A DNA stretch of 51,407 nucleotides from a virus. Its lineage: Duplodnaviria; Caudoviricetes. Each line of letters opens with the position of its first letter. Position 1 is the stretch's first letter. Below the pieces are notes generated by a model that saw only the letters and a program-made list of their open reading frames with translations, did no database searches and was not told the DNA's origin. This document shows, one piece after another, positions 1-7,055 of this stretch. Where the stretch lies: the IMG/VR virus record IMGVR_UViG_3300025723_000058, positions 1 through 51,407 of that record. One strand, given 5' to 3'. The translations under genes and the position numbers were made by a program.

Positions 1-513
1 TGTCGGACTATCATCAATTAAATTAACTTGCATAGTTTCAGTAATCGGAATAACAGAATGTTTAACGTCACCATTAATTTCTTCATAAATGTTAGCCTCA
101 GATTTAGAAATTCTAACTAATACTTGATATGAGTTCCTTACATGCATAACATTTGGAATTTTATAAACAACATTACCCATTTCAGATGTATTTTTATAAA
201 CCCTATTGTTAGTAACATTGATAATATTTGGGCCATTTGGTGCCTCTATAGCTTTCTTTTTGTGAAAAGCTAGTACCACAACCTCAGTATTTTTATTATT
301 ATCTTCAGTTGTCTTAACCAATGGCTTAGATGTAATGTTTGGTTCAACTTCTGGTTGATTTGTACCGCTAGGTGCATCTTGGATTAAAAACTTTGATTTA
401 TTTTTGTTTATTTCCATTGACGATGCGCCAGACATCCCTATTTTTGTTTTTTTCACTGAGGAACATGAAAATAAAAGCATTATTGCCGCTATAATTGTTA
501 AAATCTTTTTCAT
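1..513 (-). CDS. Putative lipoprotein, truncated by window edge
   Basis: Hand translation from ATG 513: MKKILTIIAAIMLLFSCSSVKK..., signal peptide with lipobox; open to position 1; ATGA overlap with upstream stop. Confidence 0.7.
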   Translation of the reverse strand, partial: MKKILTIIAAIMLLFSCSSVKKTKIGMSGASSMEINKNKSKFLIQDAPSGTNQPEVEPNITSKPLVKTTEDNNKNTEVVVLAFHKKKAIEAPNGPNIINVTNNRVYKNTSEMGNVVYKIPNVMHVRNSYQVLVRISKSEANIYEEINGDVKHSVIPITETMQVNLIDDSPT

Positions 514-1067
514 ACTTTTTCCACATTTAAAATTTTTATTAATCTGTCGTCATAAACAGTATATATTAAACCACTTTGTGACCTAGGTTTACCAATAACC
601 CCACTAACACCACAAATATTTAAAAATTCACTAGTTTCTTTTTTACTACCGAGAGTACCTGTTAATACTTCATACATTGTATTTAAATTCCAATAGTTAC
701 CATAGTCGTTAAATTCATTTTCAATCAATTCAGCATCATCTGTGTGGCCAGCTTTGATTAATTTTTTTACTATCTTCTCAGCAATATGGTGTGGTGTTTC
801 ATCTTCCCAATTATAAAAATCATCTAAACCTCTAATACTTACAGTATATAAATTAAAACCTGTAGATTTCAATTTTCCGATTGATAATTCTTTAGCGTAA
901 AAAACCGCTGTTTCATACGTGTCAGTAAAATAAAGCCCATGACCAAAAATTGATAAACCATCACCGCTACCGATTCTATCAAAATCAAAACGGTCAAAGA
1001 CATGCGGTGAACCATGATAAAATACTTTATCACCACCTAATTCATTATATATTTCTAATATTTTCAT
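510..1067 (-). CDS. ADP-ribosyltransferase-like protein (ART-PolyVal-like)
   Basis: FYHGS...FD...G.G....GHGLYFT...A..YA pattern. Confidence 0.6.
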   Translation of the reverse strand: MKILEIYNELGGDKVFYHGSPHVFDRFDFDRIGSGDGLSIFGHGLYFTDTYETAVFYAKELSIGKLKSTGFNLYTVSIRGLDDFYNWEDETPHHIAEKIVKKLIKAGHTDDAELIENEFNDYGNYWNLNTMYEVLTGTLGSKKETSEFLNICGVSGVIGKPRSQSGLIYTVYDDRLIKILNVEKV

Positions 1068-1068
1068 T

Positions 1069-1713
1069 TTAATAAGTATATTCAGTTAATACTGTATATG
1101 GTTTATTTAGCACCTTTAAAGCTAGTTCAACTTCTTTAAGACATTCATCAATACCACCGCCGCATAACATAACGTTATAATAATTTTTCAATTCGTCCAT
1201 TAGGTCTGGTATCTCCATCGAATCCTTTGCAAACTCTAACAATTGTCTTATATCTTCTGAACCATATCTTTCAACAAATTCATTCCAAAAATCTTCATCT
1301 AATTCTCGACTATCAAATACATCTTTTTCAATCATATATCGTATAAGATTTACTATTTTATCCTCGTCAATATTTCTATCCATACAATATCTAAAAAAGC
1401 CATATCCTTTATCATAAAAATTAGAAAATTGAATTACTTCTTCATTTAATCCATAATCAAATAGCCAATTTTTATAATTATCTTCTGAAATCATTCCAAT
1501 ATTATCACCATTATAAAAAAATGTTAATTGGTCCATTTCTGAAAAATTATCATTTAAAAAACCAATAAAATCATTAATCATATGACTAAAATACTGTTTA
1601 TATTCTGGTTGAACATCAATAACAATTAAATGCTTACCCGATACAATGTTTGCACCGCCTAATTCATTTAACCTATTTATCTCTTCATTTAATAAAAATT
1701 TATCCTTTCGCAT
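1069..1713 (-). CDS. Isochorismatase/cysteine-hydrolase-like protein
   Basis: LIVIDVQ near N-terminus and MLCGGGIDECL near C-terminus; ATG 1713 preferred. Confidence 0.5.
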   Translation of the reverse strand: MRKDKFLLNEEINRLNELGGANIVSGKHLIVIDVQPEYKQYFSHMINDFIGFLNDNFSEMDQLTFFYNGDNIGMISEDNYKNWLFDYGLNEEVIQFSNFYDKGYGFFRYCMDRNIDEDKIVNLIRYMIEKDVFDSRELDEDFWNEFVERYGSEDIRQLLEFAKDSMEIPDLMDELKNYYNVMLCGGGIDECLKEVELALKVLNKPYTVLTEYTY

Positions 1714-2098
1714 AATTACCAGATTTGCTTTCAACCATTTTTAAATTATTATTTCTATCAATTAATAGATACTCATAATCAAGAAGACCAAATTGATTTA
1801 AATGTTCTAAAACTACATTTACGTCAAAAAGTGAACAAGAATATATGTCAAATTGAAATAGTGAAGGTATTGAATTATCCCATATATGTATTGACGAGTG
1901 TGATGTTGCAAGGGTTACGGTACCTGTAAGACCCTCATTACCTTCTTCTGTTACATAAACAGATGTTGGACCTGCTACAACCACCATATTAACCTTATTA
2001 ACTAATTCAGTAAACCAGTTATTAATTACTTGGACATCTTTAGGTGGAGCATTAAAATTACCCTTAATTATTAAATGTAGATGATTTGGTATAAACAT
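1700..2098 (-). CDS. speD: Pyruvoyl-dependent S-adenosylmethionine decarboxylase family proenzyme
   Basis: HLII start, GLTGTVTLATSHSSIHIW cleavage motif, DIYSC. Confidence 0.8.
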   Translation of the reverse strand: MFIPNHLHLIIKGNFNAPPKDVQVINNWFTELVNKVNMVVVAGPTSVYVTEEGNEGLTGTVTLATSHSSIHIWDNSIPSLFQFDIYSCSLFDVNVVLEHLNQFGLLDYEYLLIDRNNNLKMVESKSGNYAKG

Positions 2099-2127
2099 TG
2101 CTTTTAGTTTATAAATATCCAAAAAAC

Positions 2128-2154
2128 AAAAAAAGGATACGTAATGTATCCTTT
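2128..2154 (-). terminator. Intrinsic terminator
   Basis: AAAGGATACATTACGTATCCTTTTTTT hairpin plus U tract right after exonuclease stop. Confidence 0.75.
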
Positions 2155-2158
2155 ATAT

Positions 2159-2905
2159 TTATATAATAAGTTTCTTCGCCTCTGGTGTTACTTTAAACAC
2201 TGGAATGTTATCTAGGCACCACCAAAGATACCCCTTATCAGTCTTAGCTACCTCAGAAAAAACTTTACCCTTATGTTTACCAAAATTTAGCACCGAATCA
2301 ACATTTATTAAATTTGCGGTGTCTTTTTGTTTTGTTTCTGTTAATATTATCTTCTCCCTTTCAGTTGGTGGGTTATGTTTAAGATAAACCATATGAAGCA
2401 ATATCTTACTTTCGTCAATTGCATCTACGCCAGCTCTATGCTTTTCAATATATGGGTCACCATCTTTAACAAAAAACTGATTATAAATTTCTTCAACAGA
2501 AGGTGTTTTTACTTTACCCTTATAGATGTAATTACTATACTTTTTAGCTGCTTTCATTAGACATTCAATATCGTCCATTTTAAATCCAGCAGCCTTTAAG
2601 AATCTAATATCAAATGACTTATTATATGCTGTCATTTTATATGTATCAAAAAGTTGTTGAATTTCATCGAAATATTCTTCCAATGTCTTAGCGTTAATCA
2701 CATCTTCAACAGTTAATGTTGTATTTTTAAATATCCAACAATCTTTATGAATATCTGGGTCAAATCTTTTATCTCGAATAACATTATCAAAGACTAGTTT
2801 TGTTTCATTTGTTTTAGTATCGACTAAAACAATACCTATTTCAACAATAGCGTCTTTCTTAGTATTAAACCCTGTGGTTTCAATATCAACTACTAATAAT
2901 TTCAT
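2159..2905 (-). CDS. DEDDh 3'-5' exonuclease (DnaQ-like) with C-terminal FGKHKG domain
   Basis: VDIETTG, AYNKSFD, HRAGVDA motifs; C-terminal FGKHKGK...YLWW. Confidence 0.85.
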   Translation of the reverse strand: MKLLVVDIETTGFNTKKDAIVEIGIVLVDTKTNETKLVFDNVIRDKRFDPDIHKDCWIFKNTTLTVEDVINAKTLEEYFDEIQQLFDTYKMTAYNKSFDIRFLKAAGFKMDDIECLMKAAKKYSNYIYKGKVKTPSVEEIYNQFFVKDGDPYIEKHRAGVDAIDESKILLHMVYLKHNPPTEREKIILTETKQKDTANLINVDSVLNFGKHKGKVFSEVAKTDKGYLWWCLDNIPVFKVTPEAKKLII

Positions 2906-2958
2906 TATTTTGGTTTTTATGCCAAATATACTAATTTTTTAAAGAAACTACAAATTAA

Positions 2959-3882
2959 TTATTCAATTTCTAAATCGGGAAACTTATTTTTGTAGAATAT
3001 TTTAGCTTGCTCCATTTGTTTTGGCCAGAAATATCCTTGTAGGTGATAAGCATCAAATTTATATTTCATTTCATAGTTTAACCATCTATCATATGTACCT
3101 TCACCCCATTTAGCCTCTAAACGTTTAATAAACTCTTGTTCATTAAAATCCTCAGCAGGTTTAAAAATTCTATTACTCTTCCCATATGATGATTCCCTAT
3201 CAATATATTCAGTTGAAGATTTATGTTGAGCACTCATCATATTAACAAAATCTTTTCTAGTGTATCGTTTCCAAGGTCCGTTGGTTCTTCTTTCTTTATG
3301 TCTAACCTCATTGTACCAAACATATTTAATCATATTTGGATTTAAATCGCCAATAAATAAGGCTTGTTTTTCGTAATTACCAAAAATCGTTTGTCCTAGT
3401 TCTGGTCTATCAGATTTTGAAATACGTTCATCATCGTCTTGTGAGTATTTATCCCTATTTGCCAATCTTTGTTGTTCACGTTCGTTATCATCCTTGAAAG
3501 ATTTCGTATATTCACCTTGAACAAAGTAAGAACGACCACCGACCCATACTGGTGCCTCTAAATCACTTACTTTACTTGAAAATTCAATGATAATACCGCC
3601 ACTAGCAAAACGGTCCTGTATTAATTTTAAATCGACAGAAACAAATAAACCTTTAGGATTATTACCCGATTCATAACTATAAATTCTTCTAGCTCTTTCT
3701 TTACCACTTAAGCCGTGTAATGCTATATATAACCCTTCTTCAAATCTATTAAACCCGTGAAATACCCTTATTACTTCATCATCTTTAATTGGTTTTTCTT
3801 TGAAAAATTGTTTAGAATCTAAGTTAGTATTAATATACCTAACCTCATTCAAATATTTACGAACCATTTGTTTTATATCCAT
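2959..3882 (-). CDS. Hypothetical protein, possible ART-like fold
   Basis: IRVFHG...GLFVS pattern; ATG 3882 follows TATTTAT motif. Confidence 0.45.
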   Translation of the reverse strand: MDIKQMVRKYLNEVRYINTNLDSKQFFKEKPIKDDEVIRVFHGFNRFEEGLYIALHGLSGKERARRIYSYESGNNPKGLFVSVDLKLIQDRFASGGIIIEFSSKVSDLEAPVWVGGRSYFVQGEYTKSFKDDNEREQQRLANRDKYSQDDDERISKSDRPELGQTIFGNYEKQALFIGDLNPNMIKYVWYNEVRHKERRTNGPWKRYTRKDFVNMMSAQHKSSTEYIDRESSYGKSNRIFKPAEDFNEQEFIKRLEAKWGEGTYDRWLNYEMKYKFDAYHLQGYFWPKQMEQAKIFYKNKFPDLEIE

Positions 3883-3903
3883 AGTTATAAATATTTCATA
3901 AAT

Positions 3904-3930
3904 AAAAAAAGGATACCCAATGTATCCTTT
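3904..3930 (-). terminator. Intrinsic terminator ending the tRNA array
   Basis: AAAGGATACATTGGGTATCCTTTTTTT; near-identical to 2128-2154. Confidence 0.8.
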
Positions 3931-3960
3931 AACGTAATATTTACCCACAAATAATCGCTG

Positions 3961-4048
3961 CGGAGAGCATCGAAATCGAATCGAATTCAGCTTTCGCCGA
4001 ACGTCACGCTTAGCAGGCGGACCCCATCGCCATCAGGGTTTACTCTCC
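3961..4048 (-). tRNA. tRNA-Ser(GCT), 8/4 fold
   Basis: GGAGAGTA/TGCTCTCC 8-bp acceptor, CT-GCT-AA loop, long variable arm, 4-bp T stem, G73. Confidence 0.8.
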
Positions 4049-4058
4049 ATTTTAACTG

Positions 4059-4132
4059 TGGTCCTACGGGGATTCGAACCCACGAAGTACCGCTTAGAAG
4101 GCGGTCAGTTTATCCAGTTAGCTTATGGGACC
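4059..4132 (-). tRNA. tRNA-Arg(TCT)
   Basis: Cloverleaf; ACCGC-CT TCT AA-GCGGT; GGTTCGAATCC. Confidence 0.92.
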
Positions 4133-4137
4133 AATTT

Positions 4138-4191
4138 AATAGGGTGTAAAGGTTCTGCCTTACACAAGGTGCGCTTACCTTACTTCCTATT
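4138..4191 (-). ncRNA. Small three-way-junction RNA
   Basis: AATAGG/CCTATT closing stem, hairpins AAGGT/ACCTT and GTGTAAGG/CCTTTACAC. Confidence 0.4.
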
Positions 4192-4193
4192 AG

Positions 4194-4273
4194 TACATAC
4201 AATGAGATTCGAACTCATATCTTCCACTCCAATTACGATTAACAACTTAGAAGGTTGACTCGGCTATGTATGC
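4194..4273 (-). tRNA. Non-canonical D-armless tRNA-like RNA, anticodon TCT
   Basis: GCATACA/TGTATGT acceptor, short linker, CAAC-CT TCT AA-GTTG, long 3' linker with TAATTGG, canonical T arm. Confidence 0.7.
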
Positions 4274-4276
4274 ATA

Positions 4277-4429
4277 TTATTTTTTATACTCTTCACCAAT
4301 ATTATTATCAGTATCCGCATTATCAAATGCACCACCATACTTAACCATATCTTCAAACCATATTGGTAATGTTTTACGTAAATCCAATTTATTTATCAAT
4401 AAATCTTCTAAAATTTCTCCTACTGTCAT
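4277..4429 (-). CDS. Small hypothetical protein (50 aa)
   Basis: Hand translation MTVGEILEDLLINKLDLRK...EEYKK; fills gap between tRNAs. Confidence 0.5.
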   Translation of the reverse strand: MTVGEILEDLLINKLDLRKTLPIWFEDMVKYGGAFDNADTDNNIGEEYKK

Positions 4430-4430
4430 G

Positions 4431-4503
4431 TAGTCCTGTCGAGATTCGAACTCGAAAAAATTGTTTAGGAAACAACTATGATTTCCAATTTCATCACAGA
4501 ACC
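4431..4503 (-). tRNA. tRNA-Arg(CCT)
   Basis: Cloverleaf; GTTGT-TT CCT AA-ACAAT. Confidence 0.85.
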
Positions 4504-4508
4504 ATATT

Positions 4509-4679
4509 TTACTTTAACTCATTTAACTGTTTTCTCAAGTCTTGAATCTTAGTTAAGTAATCACTTACACTTATTTCAGCGGTGTTTGATACTTTTTGTT
4601 TAAGATTTAACTTCATTTCATTTTCGAGAAACTCAATCCTTTCTTCAATCTTCTTTCTTTTTTTATCAATCTTTGCCAT
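4509..4679 (-). CDS. Small coiled-coil hypothetical protein
   Basis: MAKIDKKRKKIEERIEFLE...; ATG 4679 avoids overlap with tRNA. Confidence 0.6.
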   Translation of the reverse strand: MAKIDKKRKKIEERIEFLENEMKLNLKQKVSNTAEISVSDYLTKIQDLRKQLNELK

Positions 4680-4681
4680 AG

Positions 4682-4756
4682 TGGTCTCTAAGGGATTCGA
4701 ACCCATTAGCCTCCTGATTCGTAGTCAGGTGCTCTATCCAGTTGAGCTAAGAGACC
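4682..4756 (-). tRNA. tRNA-Arg(ACG)
   Basis: Cloverleaf; CCTGA-CT ACG AA-TCAGG. Confidence 0.93.
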
Positions 4757-4761
4757 AAATA

Positions 4762-4873
4762 AACATAGTTACTGTACTCGACAACAGCTTGTATAATCAT
4801 CACAATTTTTTAACGTGGTACGGACACTAACTCCACCTGATATTAGTTCTTTTTATATCACATTTACTATGCT
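4762..4873 (-). ncRNA. Multi-hairpin structured RNA between tRNAs
   Basis: AGCATAGT/ACTATGTT closing stem enclosing 3-4 hairpins. Confidence 0.4.
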
Positions 4874-4874
4874 G

Positions 4875-4946
4875 TGGTCCTAAAGCGACTCGAACGCTTA
4901 TCAAATGTTTCGAAGACATCTATCCAATCCATTGGACGATAGAACC
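4875..4946 (-). tRNA. tRNA-Arg(TCG)
   Basis: Cloverleaf; GATGT-CT TCG AA-ACATT. Confidence 0.88.
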
Positions 4947-4951
4947 AAAAG

Positions 4952-5028
4952 TCCCGACAGTGAGATTCGAACCCACGTGTAACCAACTACTCTTTCAACG
5001 CCTTATGAGAGCGAGGAGATATGTCGGG
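4952..5028 (-). tRNA. Non-canonical D-armless tRNA-like RNA, anticodon CAT
   Basis: CCCGACA/TGTCGGG acceptor, CGCT-CT CAT AA-GGCG, linker with TAGTTGG, GTGGG-TTCGAAT-CTCAC. Confidence 0.7.
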
Positions 5029-5034
5029 ATAATG

Positions 5035-5110
5035 CGGACAATGTAGGACTCGAACCCACAACCCTGTGGCTAACAACCACCTGCTCTATCCAGTTAATAG
5101 CTAATTGTCC
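5035..5110 (-). tRNA. tRNA-Asn(GTT)
   Basis: GTGG-TT GTT AG-CCAC; G73. Confidence 0.82.
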
Positions 5111-5122
5111 AATATAAATTTG

Positions 5123-5194
5123 AGGATTGTGAGAATTTCGAAATCTCGACCTGAACCTTAACAGGGTCCTGCTCTGCCTCTGAGCTAACAATCC
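5123..5194 (-). tRNA. tRNA-Asn(GTT), U73
   Basis: GGACC-CT GTT AA-GGTTC; atypical discriminator. Confidence 0.82.
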
Positions 5195-5258
5195 ATGGGT
5201 ATCTATGAACGTTTTAAACCGTGTGCGGACCATAGATAGTCTTATTCGCAACCTTCTG

Positions 5259-5329
5259 CTCTCCCAACAGGGGTCGAACCTGTAATAACTGATTAACAGT
5301 CAGACGTGATACCATTTCACCATAGAAGA
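5259..5329 (-). tRNA. tRNA-Asn(GTT)
   Basis: CTGA-CT GTT AA-TCAG; U1-A72, G73. Confidence 0.88.
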
Positions 5330-5336
5330 ATGTATG

Positions 5337-5426
5337 TAGTGCAGATGGGATTCGAACCCACATTTGATATTATCTCAAGATACCATTACAAGTGTGATGT
5401 GTATAAGACACCGCTGCTACTGCACT
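5337..5426 (-). tRNA. Non-canonical D-armless tRNA-like RNA, anticodon TAT
   Basis: AGTGCAG/CTGCACT acceptor, GGTGT-CT TAT AC-ACATC, long linker with TAATGGT, canonical T arm. Confidence 0.7.
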
Positions 5427-5432
5427 ATATTG

Positions 5433-5506
5433 TGGACACTACTGGGCTCGAACCAGTGACTTCAATGTTATGAGCATCGCACTCTAACCAACTGAGTTAA
5501 GCGTCC
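5433..5506 (-). tRNA. tRNA(CAT), Ile2 or elongator Met
   Basis: Cloverleaf; CGATG-CT CAT AA-CATTG; G1-C72, A73. Confidence 0.88.
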
Positions 5507-5700
5507 ATTTGTTGGAAATACATCTTTACCTTAAGATAAGACATAAAATCTAATTTTTCACTTAAAAGACGTTGAATATTCTCAACATTACCTACATAAA
5601 GCGGAGCATTATCTGCTAACTCTTTAGCAATTTCGATTGTTGTATTCTTAGGAACACCACAGTCGGCCAAAATCTTAATTACTATACTTGTCATATCCAT
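5497..5700 (-). CDS. Small hypothetical protein
   Basis: 67 aa ORF filling inter-tRNA gap; stop lies inside next tRNA. Confidence 0.55.
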   Translation of the reverse strand: MDMTSIVIKILADCGVPKNTTIEIAKELADNAPLYVGNVENIQRLLSEKLDFMSYLKVKMYFQQMDA

Positions 5701-5701
5701 G

Positions 5702-5784
5702 TTGTGACGGTGGGACTCGAACCCACATCGTTCTTACGAACCTGCCGTATCAGAGCAGTGCCTAAACCATTCAACCACGTCACA
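5702..5784 (-). tRNA. tRNA with GAT (Ile) anticodon and long variable arm
   Basis: CTGCT-CT GAT AC-GGCAG; variable hairpin GTTC-GTAA-GAAC; A73. Confidence 0.8.
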
Positions 5785-5935
5785 ATTTTTCTCTAATTGA
5801 TAATACATCCTTCTCAAATATACCTCTTATTGTTTTCTTATCTTCAAAAGACATTCCACAATAAACCAAAGTGTTATTAAGTGTTCTAAAGATGCTCATC
5901 ACTAAAATTTCACCCATTTTATCCTTTACAATCAT
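5780..5935 (-). CDS. Small hypothetical protein (51 aa)
   Basis: Hand translation MIVKDKMGEILVMSIFR...REKL; fills gap. Confidence 0.4.
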   Translation of the reverse strand: MIVKDKMGEILVMSIFRTLNNTLVYCGMSFEDKKTIRGIFEKDVLSIREKL

Positions 5936-5937
5936 TT

Positions 5938-6015
5938 TGGGCGACACAAGGGAATTGAACCCTTAACTACTAGTAAAAGGTGGCTCGACCACCCGTTGCA
6001 ATCCATGCTGCCGCC
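5938..6015 (-). ncRNA. tRNA-like RNA without a proper anticodon loop
   Basis: GGCGGCA/TGTCGCC acceptor, AAGGG-TTCAATT-CCCTT T arm, GGTGG-TCGAG-CCACC hairpin. Confidence 0.55.
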
Positions 6016-6062
6016 ATTTATTTATTTTTAATTATTCTACCTTTAAACCAACCACATATAAG

Positions 6063-6083
6063 GTACAAAAAAGTCAAGGGTGG
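6063..6083 (-). repeat. 21-bp exact repeat, copy 1 (copy 2 at 11031-11051)
   Basis: gtacaaaaaagtcaagggtgg identical at both sites. Confidence 0.9.
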
Positions 6084-6154
6084 GTACCGCTGGAGTCGAA
6101 CCTGCAACCGCCGCCGTATCAGAGCGGTGCTCTAACCAGTTGAGCTAGATACCC
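6081..6154 (-). tRNA. tRNA-Ile(GAT)
   Basis: Canonical cloverleaf; CCGCT-CT GAT AC-GGCGG. Confidence 0.93.
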
Positions 6155-6167
6155 ATTAAAAATCAAG

Positions 6168-6258
6168 GGTGTACGATGGGATTTGAACCCACGATGTTTG
6201 ATTAAATCGCATTCTGCTTCACAGGCAGATTCCTTCGACCACTCGGACCACGCACACC
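6168..6258 (-). tRNA. tRNA-His(GTG) with long variable arm
   Basis: G-1:C73; TCTGC-CT GTG AA-GCAGA; about 20-nt variable region. Confidence 0.82.
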
Positions 6259-6266
6259 ATATACTA

Positions 6267-6416
6267 GTCTTGGTAAAGGGATTTGAACCCTCAAATTGGT
6301 GACTAATCCAACTATTATTTTCATTGTCATCTGGTTTACTAAAGCAGGTCTTCCATAAATGGTCCAAATACTTTCCTCAAACAGTAATCTCGTTTACCGA
6401 TTCCGACACACCAAGA
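6267..6416 (-). tRNA. tRNA-like gene with about 60-nt insertion in the anticodon loop
   Basis: TCTTGGTG/TACCAAGA acceptor, D arm, AGTTGG/CCAATT variable arm and T arm intact; anticodon loop interrupted. Confidence 0.6.
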
Positions 6417-6421
6417 TAATG

Positions 6422-6509
6422 CGGAGAACGTAGCAATCGAAGCCAGCCCAACTTAATGGGTTCTTGTTTTCCAAACAAGCGAGAGCCACCTGCTCTTCCT
6501 TCGCTCTCC
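6422..6509 (-). tRNA. tRNA-Ser(GGA), 8/4 fold
   Basis: GGAGAGCG/CGTTCTCC, CTTGT-TT GGA AA-ACAAG, variable arm, TGGC/GCTA 4-bp T stem, G73. Confidence 0.8.
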
Positions 6510-6516
6510 AAAAATG

Positions 6517-6588
6517 GGTGTAACCACGGTATCGAACCGAGTTCTTCTCCTTCACAGGGAGACGCTTCACCTTAAAGCTTGAAACACC
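6517..6588 (-). tRNA. tRNA-His(GTG)
   Basis: G-1:C73; TCTCC-CT GTG AA-GGAGA; U-U mismatches in acceptor. Confidence 0.8.
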
Positions 6589-6592
6589 ATGT

Positions 6593-6678
6593 TGGAATAT
6601 GTGGGATTCGAACCCACGGAACCACCCAAGGTTCGCCTGTTTCGCACAGGTGCTTTAAACCACTCAGCCAATATTTCC
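6593..6678 (-). tRNA. Degenerate class II tRNA, probably Ser(CGA)-like
   Basis: Good D, variable and T arms; loop TG CGA AA lacks U33; bulged acceptor; A73. Confidence 0.55.
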
Positions 6679-6680
6679 AG

Positions 6681-6769
6681 CGGTGAGACTCGGAATCGAA
6701 CCCAGAAGCCAGCTTTTAACCGACACGGCTGTTTTCAAGACAGCTGCCTTACCGTTAGGCTACCTCACC
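6681..6769 (-). tRNA. tRNA-Ser(TGA)
   Basis: GCTGT-CT TGA AA-ACAGC; long variable arm; G73. Confidence 0.9.
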
Positions 6770-6797
6770 GTATATACTAAATTTCACTATTTAGTTG

Positions 6798-6944
6798 CTG
6801 ATAGGGGAGGATTCGAACCATCCATGTTGAGATTAGGAACAGAACATATCGCTACCGTGTGGTCAACCCATTATTCTGTCTTTATTTCTTTATCAACGCC
6901 TCCGAGACAAGGAGGTGCGTCTGCCAAAATTTCGCCACCTATCA
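6798..6944 (-). tRNA. tRNA with GTC (Asp) anticodon and about 75-nt variable region
   Basis: TGATAGG/CCTATCA, G73, CCTCC-TT GTC TC-GGAGG, TTCGAAT T loop. Confidence 0.7.
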
Positions 6945-6954
6945 ATTTATTGTG

Positions 6955-7055
6955 CACGTAAAATAGGATTTGAACCTATGCGGAGACCTAACATAAATGT
7001 TATATATCTCAGTAGGGTTGGAACCTACCACCTTCGACCACTCGGTCATTTACGT
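6955..7055 (-). tRNA. tRNA-Trp(CCA) with about 32-nt variable arm
   Basis: GTAGG-TT CCA AC-CCTAC; GAGAT/GTCTC and TAACAT/ATGTTA variable stem; G73. Confidence 0.78.

Noticed and set aside
6310-6390. Hammerhead-like CAGATGA...GAAA in the tRNA insert
   Set aside because: Core mismatch, no stem II, and the motif overlaps the predicted helix.
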